NCBI GenBank assembly: GCA_963543155.1
Contig: CAUTZH010000003.1
Location: 13,628-77,627, forward strand
DNA: 64,000 nt
DNA from: an uncultured Acholeplasmataceae bacterium
GTDB taxonomy: Bacteria > Bacillota_I > Bacilli_A > Acholeplasmatales > Acholeplasmataceae
Direction: 5' to 3'
Shown: one piece after another, positions 1 to 9,381 of the stretch
How positions within the stretch are numbered: position 1 is the stretch's first letter
Layout of the letters: each line of letters begins with the position of its first letter
Notes under the pieces: model-generated
Told to the model about the DNA's origin: nothing
Seen by the model: the letters and a program-made list of their open reading frames with translations, nothing else
Databases searched by the model: none
Made by a program: the position numbers and the translations under genes

Positions 1-564
1 AGTAATTCGGTAAATCGCTGGATCTCGCATATTCAAGTTAGGCGAAGACATGTCAATTTTGGCGCGCAGCACCATTTCACCAGGCGCGAACTTACCTGCT
101 TTCATTTCTAAAAATAAACGCAAGTTTTCCTCAACTGAAGTGTCTCTGTATGGCGAGTTAGTACCAGGTTTTTGGATGTTTCCGCGTTGCAGAGAAATCT
201 CTTCGGCTGTTTGGCGGTCAACATAAGCAAGTCCTTTTTTAATTAACAGAACGGCTTTTTCAAACATAAAGTCAAAGTAATCTGAAGCAAAAAAGACAGC
301 AGCTGGCTGATAGCCCAGCCACTTAATGTCTTCAATTGCGCTGTTTACATACTCCATATTTTCATTACTTGGATTGGTGTCGTCAAAACGCAGGTAAGTT
401 TTCCCACCAAAGGCTTTCGCTAGTTCAAAGTTAATAATGATGGCTCTAGCGTGTCCGATATGCAAGAAACCATTTGGCTCTGGCGGAAAACGAGTAATAA
501 TTTCTGTGTGTTTGCCTGATTTTATGTCGTTTTCAATAATAGTTTTAATAAAATTTGATTCCAT
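1..564 (-). CDS. glnS: Glutaminyl-tRNA synthetase, N-terminal part (3' end runs off the left edge)
   Basis: Own minus-strand translation from ATG 564-562: [48 protein letters not shown]... [15 protein letters not shown] is the GlnRS-type HIGH region. A later '[14 protein letters not shown]' is also GlnRS-like. Not in the ORF track because it is truncated. Confidence 0.85.
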   Translation of the reverse strand, partial: MESNFIKTIIENDIKSGKHTEIITRFPPEPNGFLHIGHARAIIINFELAKAFGGKTYLRFDDTNPSNENMEYVNSAIEDIKWLGYQPAAVFFASDYFDFMFEKAVLLIKKGLAYVDRQTAEEISLQRGNIQKPGTNSPYRDTSVEENLRLFLEMKAGKFAPGEMVLRAKIDMSSPNLNMRDPAIYRIT

Positions 565-586
565 TTTTAAGTCCTCACTAGATAAA

Positions 587-1579
587 TTATAGGTTATTAA
601 CTGAGTAACCTTTTAAACGCAGGTCTTTGTTCGCCCCAAACTTTGTGACTTGAAAGTAAGCAGCTGCGCCAATCATTGCGGCGTTGTCGGTGCAGTATTT
701 AAACTCAGGAATTAAAACTTCAATTCCTTTGATTTCCTTGGCAAGCGCTGATCTTAGGCCTTTGTTTGCCGAAACCCCGCCACCAACAATTAGTTGTTTT
801 AAATCTGGGTATTTCTTCAAGGCTTTTTTAGTTTTATAAATAATGGTGTCCAGCACTGCTTTTTGAAAAGATGCAGCAAAATCTGCTTTGTTTAAATTAG
901 CTTTGTCTTCAATTTTAGCGTAAGCGTTAATAACTGCACTTTTTAGTCCTGAAAACGAGAAGTTAAAACCTTGTTTTAAAATTGGTCTTGGAAAAGAAAA
1001 AGCCTCAGGGTTGCCGGTTTGCGCAAGGTCATCAATAGTTTTGCCACCAGGATAAGGAAATCCTAGTACTCGGGCTACCTTGTCATAGCACTCTCCAACT
1101 GCGTCGTCCAAAGTTTGACCAATATGTTCAAACTCAAGGTGAGAACGCAAAATTAACAGTTCTGTGTGTCCGCCACTAACTAGTAGCACTAAACACGGAA
1201 ACTTAAGTTCTTTGCCAATAGCCGCAGCGTAAGCATGTCCAACTAGGTGATTAACTCCGATTAGCGGTTTGTCTAAAGCCAGGGCAAGGCTTTGTGCGGC
1301 GTTAATTCCGACAAACAAAGCACCAATTAGTCCAGGTCCTTGAGTGACTGCGATTTTATCAATTTCGCTTAGTTTTATGCTGGCATCTTTAAGGGCTTGG
1401 TCAACAACAAAGTTAATCGCCAAAACGTGGTCGCGAGCCGCGATTTCTGGCACCACTCCGCCGAACTTAGCGTGGGTCTTGATTTGACTGCGAACAGCGC
1501 ATGAAAGCACCTTGGTGCCGTTTTCTACAACCGCAGCACTAGTTTCGTCGCAGCTTGATTCAATTGCTAAAATTTTCAT
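587..1579 (-). CDS. tsaD: tRNA N6-adenosine threonylcarbamoyltransferase TsaD (Kae1/Gcp family)
   Basis: 330 aa with '[12 protein letters not shown]', 'SGGHTEL' and 'GGGVSAN' hallmarks. Last gene of the tsaE-tsaB-rimI-tsaD cluster; 4-nt overlap with rimI. Confidence 0.95.
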   Translation of the reverse strand: MKILAIESSCDETSAAVVENGTKVLSCAVRSQIKTHAKFGGVVPEIAARDHVLAINFVVDQALKDASIKLSEIDKIAVTQGPGLIGALFVGINAAQSLALALDKPLIGVNHLVGHAYAAAIGKELKFPCLVLLVSGGHTELLILRSHLEFEHIGQTLDDAVGECYDKVARVLGFPYPGGKTIDDLAQTGNPEAFSFPRPILKQGFNFSFSGLKSAVINAYAKIEDKANLNKADFAASFQKAVLDTIIYKTKKALKKYPDLKQLIVGGGVSANKGLRSALAKEIKGIEVLIPEFKYCTDNAAMIGAAAYFQVTKFGANKDLRLKGYSVNNL

Positions 1580-1992
1580 ATCATCTCTCCGTACATATAA
1601 GCAAGCCCATCTTCGTTTTCATAGTAGTTCTTAATTTCTCTAACTACCTTAAAGCCAACTTTTTCGTAAACAGAAATTGCTTGCTTATTTGATTTTTTAA
1701 CTTCTAGATAAAAAGTTTTAATGCCGGCTTGTTTAAGTGTGTCAATTGTGGCAAGAAGTAGAGCAGTGGCTTTGCCAGATTTGCGGTACTCGGGAAATAC
1801 GAACAAGTTTAAAATATCGGCAACATCTACTACTTTTAGCCAAACAATATAACCTAGTAATGTATCTTCGCTAAAAAAACCATAAACCTCTCGGTTTGAA
1901 AGCGACTTTATGTCTTCAGTTTGTCTAAAGTCTTCTTTTAAAGAAGTTAAAACTAAACCTAAAGTGAGCTCATCTGTTATTTTTCTGATCAT
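1576..1992 (-). CDS. rimI: GNAT acetyltransferase, RimI-like (ribosomal-protein-alanine N-acetyltransferase)
   Basis: 138 aa with a GNAT core ('FVFPEYRKSGKATALL', 'YEKVGF'). Sits in the conserved position between tsaB and tsaD. Confidence 0.75.
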   Translation of the reverse strand: MIRKITDELTLGLVLTSLKEDFRQTEDIKSLSNREVYGFFSEDTLLGYIVWLKVVDVADILNLFVFPEYRKSGKATALLLATIDTLKQAGIKTFYLEVKKSNKQAISVYEKVGFKVVREIKNYYENEDGLAYMYGEMI

Positions 1993-2578
1993 AGTTAATC
2001 TCGGCTTCAGTTTTTCTTAAGTAATTTGGCTCTAAAGCAAATGCGTCTACAGAAACTAAACTATTTTCAATTAGTTTTAAGTTAAACTCAACATTAAACT
2101 CAGTAATTCTACTTAGTTCAATTGCTTTAAAGTCAGGTTTATTAGAAATTAGTTCGTTTAGTTCATTTTCTTTAAGTAAGGCATCACTTTGCAGGGCTTT
2201 GTTTTCTTGAAACACCCCAACATAGTAGTTTTGGTTGCGAGCAGATTTATAAATAATTGTTTTTTCTTCCTTTAAAGCAGAGGCAAACAAAGCAAGCGAA
2301 GAAATAGAGTACGCCGGAATATTTAAGGCGTATGCCAAAGTTTTTACAATAGTAACCGCAACGCGGGTCCCGGTGTAAGAACCTGGTCCAACTCCAGCAA
2401 TCACAGCTGTTAAATCGCTTGGCTTTACTGAGTTGCTTTTTAAAAAAGTGTTAACCTGCTCTGCGGTGTTGGCAGAAAAGTCGCGAGTATTTAGGTCATA
2501 AAAACATTTAGTTTTGCCGTTTGGCCAAATTAACAACAAAATCAGAGCGTGGTTAGATGTATCTACAATTAGTTTCAT
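1970..2578 (-). CDS. tsaB: tRNA t6A biosynthesis protein TsaB
   Basis: 202 aa; 'GVGPGSYTGTRVAVT' is the TsaB/YeaZ signature. Operon context with tsaE and tsaD. Confidence 0.85.
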   Translation of the reverse strand: MKLIVDTSNHALILLLIWPNGKTKCFYDLNTRDFSANTAEQVNTFLKSNSVKPSDLTAVIAGVGPGSYTGTRVAVTIVKTLAYALNIPAYSISSLALFASALKEEKTIIYKSARNQNYYVGVFQENKALQSDALLKENELNELISNKPDFKAIELSRITEFNVEFNLKLIENSLVSVDAFALEPNYLRKTEAEINYDQKNNR

Positions 2579-3048
2579 TTATTTTCACCTTTAGTTAGTT
2601 TAGCAAAATCAAGCATCATGCCTTCGCCAACTTCCCTAATTTGAAAAACTCGCGAGTTTTCGCCGTCTTTTTCAATACTAATTTCAATTCGGTTTTTTGG
2701 AAGCAAATCAGTTGCCTGACCTGGCCACTCAATTACACAAATTCCTTGGTCTATGTAGTCTTGCAAGTCAAAGTCAGCACCAACTCCGTTTAACCTATAC
2801 AAATCAAGATGGTTAAAAGGCATGCCAGACTTTGTTTCGTATGAACGCATAATCGTAAAGGAAGGGGAATTGACAACCGCGTCAATTCCAAGACCTTTGG
2901 CTAGACCTTGTGTAAAAGTAGTTTTGCCAGCCGCTAAATCACCATACAACAAAACAACCGCAGGTGCTTTTAGACACTTTGCGATTTTTTTACCTAAGTT
3001 TTGGGTTTCTTTAAAGTTATTGGTAGTAAACTCTGTGTTTTTTTGCAT
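2575..3048 (-). CDS. tsaE: tRNA t6A biosynthesis ATPase TsaE
   Basis: 157 aa; P-loop 'GDLAAGKTTFTQG', 'SPSFTI' and 'HLDLYRL' are typical of YjeE/TsaE. Confidence 0.9.
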   Translation of the reverse strand: MQKNTEFTTNNFKETQNLGKKIAKCLKAPAVVLLYGDLAAGKTTFTQGLAKGLGIDAVVNSPSFTIMRSYETKSGMPFNHLDLYRLNGVGADFDLQDYIDQGICVIEWPGQATDLLPKNRIEISIEKDGENSRVFQIREVGEGMMLDFAKLTKGENK

Positions 3049-3051
3049 TAT

Positions 3052-3270
3052 TTAAACCTCTACGACCGAAATTACACCCTCTACGTTGTCTTTAAGCAGA
3101 GCTAGTAGACCATCAAATAAGGTTAAATCAATTAAATTACAACCAACGCAAGCGCCGTGCATTTTAACGTAGACTATTCCTTCCTCAACGGCCACTAGTT
3201 CAATATCGCCACCATCTGCTTGAATGTAGGGTTTTACTCGACCAATTAACGCTTTTACTTCTTCGTACAT
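3052..3270 (-). CDS. NifU C-terminal-domain-like Fe-S cluster protein
   Basis: 72 aa; 'IQADGGDIELV...VYVKMHGACVGC' matches the NifU-like CxxC domain pattern. Confidence 0.7.
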   Translation of the reverse strand: MYEEVKALIGRVKPYIQADGGDIELVAVEEGIVYVKMHGACVGCNLIDLTLFDGLLALLKDNVEGVISVVEV

Positions 3271-3629
3271 TTGTCTGGTAGACTATTTAAAAGGTCTGCG
3301 TATTTTTGGGTTAAACTCGCTAAAAACTCAGATTTTTTAGTTTTGATGTATTCAGAAAGTTCAGGGGTGTCTAGGCGTTTTAAGATAAAGTAGCCAGTGT
3401 TAAAGTTGCAAGTTGAGTTTAAGTAGTCTGGAATATAGGCAAAATTGGCCTTGCCTTCTTTTTTAGTAAAACCTTTTAGTCTCAGCATGTTTGCAGTTAC
3501 GTCGCCTACAATAAAGTCAAATTTATCATAAATTTCTGGAAAATAACGGTTTTGAAATTCTTCTTGTGAAAAAACTGACCTGTAGTCTTTAAGCAGGGTG
3601 AAGTTGCCGTAAATTGTTTCAATTAACAT
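3255..3629 (-). CDS. YutD-like (DUF1027-like) protein
   Basis: ORF 3255-3662. Start moved to the ATG at 3629 ('MLIETIYGNF'), 7 nt behind a GGAGG. Resemblance to the YutD family is from memory only. Confidence 0.45.
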   Translation of the reverse strand: MLIETIYGNFTLLKDYRSVFSQEEFQNRYFPEIYDKFDFIVGDVTANMLRLKGFTKKEGKANFAYIPDYLNSTCNFNTGYFILKRLDTPELSEYIKTKKSEFLASLTQKYADLLNSLPDKCTKK

Positions 3630-5251
3630 AGTTTTTCCTCCAAAAGTACTGTGGCCAAGCAACCAATTGCCTGGTTTTGGCCAATTAACCCATTTTTTTC
3701 AAAAGTAGTGGCTTTAACTGAAACCAAAGGGCAGTCAAGTGCTTGCATTAAGTTTTTTGAAATTAAAGTTTTTTTAAAGCCTAGTTTAGGTTGTTCAAGC
3801 ATCACGGTAATATCTGCGTTTTTCACGCGGTAATTTAAGTCGTTTGCTTTCTTTAAAGCAAACGCTAAAAATTCAAAAGAAGACCTGTTTTGATTGATTT
3901 TATCAGTTTCTTTGAAGTTATCGCCCAAATCACCTGAATTTAAAGCGCCTAGTATTGCTTCGGTTACAGAGTGTATAACCACATCTCCGTCTGAAACTGC
4001 TAAAAAGTGTTTATCTTTTTCAATCAAAACTCCGGCAAGAGTGAGTTCTCCACCTTTTTCAAAAGGGTGAATGTCAAAAGAACTGCCAACTAAACTAGGT
4101 TTTAAAAAGAATGATTTAGTTAGTGAAAAATCAGCAGGTGTTGTGATTTTAGGTAATCTGTTTTCAGAAAGCAACAAGGTAAAAGGTTCGCTTTGTTCTG
4201 AAAACAATTCAAACTCGTCTTGATAGTCGGTTTTTTTAGCAACGGATACACATTCTTTTAACTTTGTTTTTAAAAAAGCCTGTGGCGTAATTGTGGTGAA
4301 ATAGTTGGTTCTGTCAAGGGTTTCTCCGTTGTAGTTTTTTAAAGACGAATAAATTTGGTTTGCTAAAACAGCGCCTTGTTTAGTTTCTAAAACCGTTTTT
4401 ATGTTTTCAAGGTCTTCACCCAAAATTACTGGTCTGGCAGCATCATGAACATAAACATAAGTTCCAGTTGCTTGGTTAAGTCCGACTTTCATTGACAAAA
4501 ATCTAGTTTCTTTGCCGGTTAGCGTAAATACTGCTGGATTTTTAAACTCGGAGTTTGCAAAAGTATCAAATACTTCGTTTTGCGCAACCAAAATACACTC
4601 AAAACCATTTTTTAAAAAAGTGTTAACAGAATGTATAAAAACTGGTAAGTTAACAAGTTTTTTTAAGGCTTTATTTTCACCAAAACGAGAAGAGTTACCC
4701 GCTGCTAAAATTAGTGCTGTGTTTTTAAAAGGAGTGACGATATCTTTAGCCTTTACGTCGTGCGCTTCGGCTTCAAATGAAATCAAGCGGTCGGCTACAT
4801 GAATTAAGGCAGCCGAGTATTTAAGAGCAGCAAAATACCTGTCAATGTTGCCTTTGCCATAGCCTAATCTTTGGCTGTGTTCGTTAACTGCTAAGCATGG
4901 CACTAAAAACAAGTCAATTTTTTCTGAGTATACAGTAAAGTCAGCAGGTTCAAAAAAGTTGTAGCGTTTAATAAACTGAGTTTTGGGTTTTGGCAAAACA
5001 TATCTCAGTTCATTTTCCACAAACGCCGGAAACAAAAAAACTTTGTTGTTTTCTTTAGTTAAAGCAGTGATGTCTAGTTCTCCTTGAATTGGAAAGTAAA
5101 GCGCCACAGTTTTACTGTTTTGATATAGAGAATGTGCTTTGATTTTACTTAGCACAATATCGTTTCTTTGTTGTTTTTCGGTAGTAGTGTAGGTTTTGCG
5201 TTCAGCCAAAATATAGGATCTGGCCTCTGACTTACTAAACACGGTATTCAT
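3623..5251 (-). CDS. Tri-domain fusion: 5-formyltetrahydrofolate cyclo-ligase / IspD (MEP cytidylyltransferase) / IspF (MEcPP synthase)
   Basis: 542 aa. The N-terminal ~175 aa is 5-FCL-like ('IDLFLVPCLAVNEHSQRLGYGKGNIDRYF'). The middle is IspD-like ('ALILAAGNSSRFGENKALKKL'). The C-terminal ~160 aa is IspF-like ('GSSFDIHPF', 'VSDGDVVIHSVTEAILGALNSGDLGDNF'). Confidence 0.8.
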   Translation of the reverse strand: MNTVFSKSEARSYILAERKTYTTTEKQQRNDIVLSKIKAHSLYQNSKTVALYFPIQGELDITALTKENNKVFLFPAFVENELRYVLPKPKTQFIKRYNFFEPADFTVYSEKIDLFLVPCLAVNEHSQRLGYGKGNIDRYFAALKYSAALIHVADRLISFEAEAHDVKAKDIVTPFKNTALILAAGNSSRFGENKALKKLVNLPVFIHSVNTFLKNGFECILVAQNEVFDTFANSEFKNPAVFTLTGKETRFLSMKVGLNQATGTYVYVHDAARPVILGEDLENIKTVLETKQGAVLANQIYSSLKNYNGETLDRTNYFTTITPQAFLKTKLKECVSVAKKTDYQDEFELFSEQSEPFTLLLSENRLPKITTPADFSLTKSFFLKPSLVGSSFDIHPFEKGGELTLAGVLIEKDKHFLAVSDGDVVIHSVTEAILGALNSGDLGDNFKETDKINQNRSSFEFLAFALKKANDLNYRVKNADITVMLEQPKLGFKKTLISKNLMQALDCPLVSVKATTFEKNGLIGQNQAIGCLATVLLEEKLC

Positions 5252-6776
5252 CTCCTACATACAAAAAATTACTTACATAGTTTTCAGAAAAAGTAGTTTC
5301 AAGTGCAGTTCTGGTGGCTTTTAAAATAGTTTGCGCTGAGTTTAAGTTGTTTTCAACTAAAAACGCACCAGCTTTCGCGTTTAGCGTAAAACTTGAGCCA
5401 CCAAACTCCATTTTTAAGTTAAGATATCCACTTTGTCTGCTAGCGCCACTTTTCAAGGCACCAAAACGAACTAAGTCAGTCACTGTGTAGGCAAAAGTAG
5501 CCCCACCAATTCGGTAAATTGCACCTGTTTCTGTCACAAACGCTTTTTTTAAGTTATAGACATAGTGAGCCAGAGCCATGTTGCCAATTTCCCTGCCATA
5601 TTTTTTGTTAATATTATCAATATTGGCAACTTTGATAAAAACCAGTTCAAACTTGGTTTTGTATTTAATTAACTGCTCTAAGTCAAGCTCTAAGTCTGAG
5701 TAGTTTTTAAGTTCATCAAGTAGTTGGATGTTTGACTTACTGAAGTCAGCGGTTTCAATTAAATTAAAACAAGAAATCACGCAGTTTTCATTTTCTTTAG
5801 TTGCACCTGCGTTTTCTTTAAACCAGATGTATTTGTTTCCACTTTTTAGACGGTAGCGCTGAGTTTGATTGGAGTTTGGCTTAATTTCTGTGTATTTTTT
5901 AAGTACTTTAATGTAGTCATCTGGATGAATTAGTTTTTCGTATTCTGTAAACTTTAAGTTAGCGTAGTTTTTAGGGAGTTTAAGTAGTTCAAGCATTGAG
6001 GGTGAAAGCCAAATTTTGCCAAGTTGCTTATCATACATTGTGTAGCCAGACTCAGAGATTTCAAAAAAGCCCATTAGTTTTCCAGACATATCTTTTAAGT
6101 CTTCTTTTAGTTTAAACACGGCGTCTTCGTGTTCTATTGCAGACATACCTTTTAAAAGTTTGCCGGTAAAAATTAACTCAGAGCCATGGTGAAAAACACT
6201 TGCGTGCAGATAAACTCGCTCACCTGAATGGTTTTTAAACTCTAAATTAAAACTCTTTGTTTCTTCGTTGATAAAAAGTGGTTGAAAAAAGGCAGAAAAA
6301 GCGTGGTTAGTGCAGTCTTTGGTGTTAAGTTTAGCCACGCGCGAGGTTTTTAGAAATAAATCCAAAAATCGGTATCTTTTGGCTTTTAAAACCGAGCGGT
6401 TCAGTTCTAAGGCAAGATTTTTAGAAATTGACTTAATGTAGCCGTTTGGAGCCAAATATAGGTAAAAGTTGTTATCGGTGTTTTCATATCCTGCAAGCAC
6501 AGTATGCTCACTGAAAATCAAAATCAAGTTAGTTAAAACAAGGCAAAATAAAACTGCTTGCGCGGTAACTTGCGGATAAATTAGAAAGTTAAGCGAAATT
6601 GCTGAAATTAAAAAAACCAAAAGTGGAGCAGTTGCGAAAATTAAAATTTCGGCAAACAAAAATAACACAGCAGTAGTGTGTCGTTTTTTTCTAGTTACTG
6701 CAAGTAGTGCTAAAACCAAAGAAACTACTAACAGAACTGCAAATAAAGAAAGTAGTACGATGTGTAGTTTAGACAT
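5235..6776 (-). CDS. Multi-pass membrane protein with cytoplasmic sensor-like region and degenerate GGDEF domain
   Basis: 513 aa. The N-terminal ~100 aa is hydrophobic with 3-4 TM segments. The C-terminus 'FIKVANIDNINKKYGREIGNMAL...IYRIGGATFAY...ILKATRTALETTFSEN' follows the GGDEF fold pattern, but GGDEF is replaced by GGATF. Confidence 0.6.
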   Translation of the reverse strand: MSKLHIVLLSLFAVLLVVSLVLALLAVTRKKRHTTAVLFLFAEILIFATAPLLVFLISAISLNFLIYPQVTAQAVLFCLVLTNLILIFSEHTVLAGYENTDNNFYLYLAPNGYIKSISKNLALELNRSVLKAKRYRFLDLFLKTSRVAKLNTKDCTNHAFSAFFQPLFINEETKSFNLEFKNHSGERVYLHASVFHHGSELIFTGKLLKGMSAIEHEDAVFKLKEDLKDMSGKLMGFFEISESGYTMYDKQLGKIWLSPSMLELLKLPKNYANLKFTEYEKLIHPDDYIKVLKKYTEIKPNSNQTQRYRLKSGNKYIWFKENAGATKENENCVISCFNLIETADFSKSNIQLLDELKNYSDLELDLEQLIKYKTKFELVFIKVANIDNINKKYGREIGNMALAHYVYNLKKAFVTETGAIYRIGGATFAYTVTDLVRFGALKSGASRQSGYLNLKMEFGGSSFTLNAKAGAFLVENNLNSAQTILKATRTALETTFSENYVSNFLYVGDEYRV

Positions 6777-6785
6777 TTAAAAAGT

Positions 6786-6971
6786 TTATCTGGCTAAAAA
6801 GAACAGCAAAAGAAAACAAGTAGTGGCGGCCAGGAAAGCCAAGCCGAACGCAAATGTTTTGGATTTAAATAGCGTATATACCTTGGTTTGAGAAAGCAAG
6901 AAAGCCAAAGAAGAAATGGGCGAAAATAAGTAGACTGAGATTTTTTTAAATATTTTAATGATTTTTTTCAT
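6786..6971 (-). CDS. Small two-TM membrane protein (hypothetical)
   Basis: 61 aa with two hydrophobic stretches, wedged between cdaA and the GGDEF-like gene on the same strand. Confidence 0.4.
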   Translation of the reverse strand: MKKIIKIFKKISVYLFSPISSLAFLLSQTKVYTLFKSKTFAFGLAFLAATTCFLLLFFLAR

Positions 6972-6986
6972 GTTTTTGCCCTTTTT

Positions 6987-7754
6987 TTAAACGTATAAGT
7001 TTAAGTAACTTCTCAGTTGCTCAACATCTTTCATTTTAATCAAAACCCCGTTGTAGGCAATCGAAATATTGCCAGTTTCTTCAGAGACAACTAAGGTCAA
7101 AGCATCGGTTTCTTCAGAAATACCAAGAGCCGCACGGTGTCGAGAACCAGTGGTTTTATCTGCTAGTTCTGTTTTTGAAATTGTAAAATAAGCACCGGCA
7201 CAAATCAATGTGTCGTTTTTAATAATGACCGCTCCGTCGTGAAGAGGAGTGTTAGGTGTAAAAATATTTAAAAGCAGTTCCTTGTTGACAGTTGAGTTTA
7301 AAGGAATGGCTTTCTCGGCGTAATGGCTAAGTGAATTGTATTTTTCAAAGCAAATAATTGCTCCAATTTTACGGTAAGAAAGCACGACAGCTGCTGATAT
7401 TACTTCTTCTTTAGTTTCAATTGAACCGTGTGTAGTTGCACGCTCTTCTTTTGCTTTAAAGACTTTAGTGATTGCTTTTTGAACATCGGCAAGTGAATAA
7501 ATTAGATAGCCTATAAAAAAAGTAAAACTGAAAGACAAGGTCAAAGGCAGGGCTTTTTTTGAAAACACAGCACTACGGCTAAACCAAAAAAAGTAAAGTG
7601 GGACTAAAAAAAGCAGAGCCACTAAAAAATAAACGAAGCCAAAAAAGTTGCGTTTTGAAACAGACGCAATTCTGATTGTAAAGTAAACCAGTAAGAAAAA
7701 TAGAATTGAAATAAAGACTGTATCTGTGGTACTAAATTTTAAAAGTGTATTCAT
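6987..7754 (-). CDS. cdaA: Membrane-anchored diadenylate cyclase CdaA (DisA_N domain)
   Basis: 255 aa: three N-terminal TM segments followed by 'HDGAVII', 'GSRHRAALGISEETDALTLVVSEETGNIS'. Confidence 0.9.
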   Translation of the reverse strand: MNTLLKFSTTDTVFISILFFLLVYFTIRIASVSKRNFFGFVYFLVALLFLVPLYFFWFSRSAVFSKKALPLTLSFSFTFFIGYLIYSLADVQKAITKVFKAKEERATTHGSIETKEEVISAAVVLSYRKIGAIICFEKYNSLSHYAEKAIPLNSTVNKELLLNIFTPNTPLHDGAVIIKNDTLICAGAYFTISKTELADKTTGSRHRAALGISEETDALTLVVSEETGNISIAYNGVLIKMKDVEQLRSYLNLYV

Positions 7755-7784
7755 ATTTTTTGACCTCTTTATATAATATTATAT

Positions 7785-7819
7785 AAAAAAACGGGTATTT
7801 TCGCAAAGGAAATACCCGT
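7785..7819 (-). terminator. Rho-independent terminator after the 7847-8677 gene
   Basis: Perfect 10-bp stem acgggtattt/aaatacccgt (7791-7800 / 7810-7819), followed on the minus strand by a T-run (the plus-strand A-run at 7785-7790). Confidence 0.7.
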
Positions 7820-7846
7820 TTTAAGGCTGATTTTCTTTAGTTTTAG

Positions 7847-8677
7847 TTAGTCTAAAATTGCCGAAATTAGTATCTGAAGACCGTTGTACTCAGAGTTTAA
7901 AACTGAGTTAAAATCAACTTCAGGTTGATTTAAAAGTTGGAGTTCTAAAACATTTCTAGATTTCTTGTTTAAATTAGAGTTTTGTTTATCACCTTGAAAA
8001 AAACAGTTTGCACGGCTATCTAAAACGAAGTCTGGCTTCAGACCGTGTAATTTAAGTTGCATCGCCATTTGACTAACCCCGACTATACCAAAGTTCAAAA
8101 ACTCGCCTTGTCCAAGTTCATCAATATCAGTCATTCTAAGCAAAGCAATGTGTTTTATAAAAATCTTAAAATTACCAATTGCCCCTAAATTATTTAAATA
8201 AAAGTAAACTGGGTCAAAGTAAAGTTTGAATTTAAGTTTTTTGTCAATCAAGGTTTTTAAAGCGAGGTGGTCTTGGCTTTCTTTTAACTGAAAAATAATT
8301 TTAAAACCACGAAGTAGCCATTTTAGTTTAAGTAGTTCTTTTTTTAATTCTAGTTTAGTGTTTTTTAAAAAAATTGGGCGAATTAAAATGGTTTTGACAT
8401 TTAACTCTTTTAGTCTTTTTAAAAAAAGTAGACAAGACCGCTCTGTAAGTTCTGAGTAAGTGTCGTAAACTGCTAAATACACAGAATTGATTTTAAGTTT
8501 AAGTTCTTTTAGTTTACTGAACTTTTCTTCATTTAAGTTAGTCAACAAATCAAAAAAAGAAAGCAGACCTACTTGATTTAAAGTAATTTCTTGCTCTGAC
8601 TTAAACTGACTTAGTCTAGAGACTACTGTGGTAAGTGTATCTGTTTCAAAATAAGACAAATTTACAATTGTTTTCAT
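7847..8677 (-). CDS. Hypothetical protein, possibly xylose-isomerase-like TIM barrel
   Basis: 276 aa, 4-nt overlap with the upstream trmH-family gene. 'IKHIALLRMTDIDELGQGEFLNFGIVGV' loosely resembles the sugar-phosphate isomerase/epimerase fold. Weak call. Confidence 0.4.
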   Translation of the reverse strand: MKTIVNLSYFETDTLTTVVSRLSQFKSEQEITLNQVGLLSFFDLLTNLNEEKFSKLKELKLKINSVYLAVYDTYSELTERSCLLFLKRLKELNVKTILIRPIFLKNTKLELKKELLKLKWLLRGFKIIFQLKESQDHLALKTLIDKKLKFKLYFDPVYFYLNNLGAIGNFKIFIKHIALLRMTDIDELGQGEFLNFGIVGVSQMAMQLKLHGLKPDFVLDSRANCFFQGDKQNSNLNKKSRNVLELQLLNQPEVDFNSVLNSEYNGLQILISAILD

Positions 8678-9381
8678 TTGATAATCTCGTGCATCGCAAT
8701 AGACCCTGCAACTGCGACATTTAAACTCTCAACGCTTTGAGTGTTAATTTTAAAGTTAGTGTCTAAAAGTGGTTTTAAATCAACCGGTATCCCTGCGCCT
8801 TCGTTTCCTAAAACTAAAACTAGTTTGGAGTTAGTTTTTTTAAAGTTATGCGGTTCTGTGTGTTCAGTTCCAATAATTTCGTATTCTTGTTTTTTAAGTT
8901 CGGTGAGTTCTTTTACAAGGTCTGTGCGAATTGTTGAACATCTAAAAATACTGCCTTTGGAAACTCTGACCGCAGTTTCGTTAAAAGCATCTGCTGTTTT
9001 TTCTGAAAGCAAAACAGTGTTAAATCCAAAAGCCACCGCTGAGCGAATTAAGGCTCCGACATTTCTAGGGTCTTGAATGTCGGCTAGACAAAGAATTTTA
9101 TCTGAGTAAATCTTAGTTTCTGGAATCTCGCAAACCACAACAGGACTTAGTTCAGTTTTGGTTTCTTTAAATAAAGCAAACACAGGTTTACTGACCAAAA
9201 TTGTTGGAGAATCTGCAAGTTCACAAGATATCACTTCTTTGACTAAATTAGCCTCATAAGCCTCTTTTACAAAGTCAGGCCCGTAGGCTAAAAACAGTTT
9301 GTTTTCATCTCTGACTTTCTTTTTTAAAAGCGATAAATATAGTTTTATTTCTTTATTTTCTTTAGAAGTAATTTCACGCAT
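8674..9381 (-). CDS. SpoU/TrmH-family RNA 2'-O-methyltransferase
   Basis: 235 aa with SPOUT motifs 'DPRNVGALIRSAVAFG', 'LVLGNEGAGI' and 'ESLNVAVAGSIAMHE'. Confidence 0.85.
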   Translation of the reverse strand: MREITSKENKEIKLYLSLLKKKVRDENKLFLAYGPDFVKEAYEANLVKEVISCELADSPTILVSKPVFALFKETKTELSPVVVCEIPETKIYSDKILCLADIQDPRNVGALIRSAVAFGFNTVLLSEKTADAFNETAVRVSKGSIFRCSTIRTDLVKELTELKKQEYEIIGTEHTEPHNFKKTNSKLVLVLGNEGAGIPVDLKPLLDTNFKINTQSVESLNVAVAGSIAMHEIIK

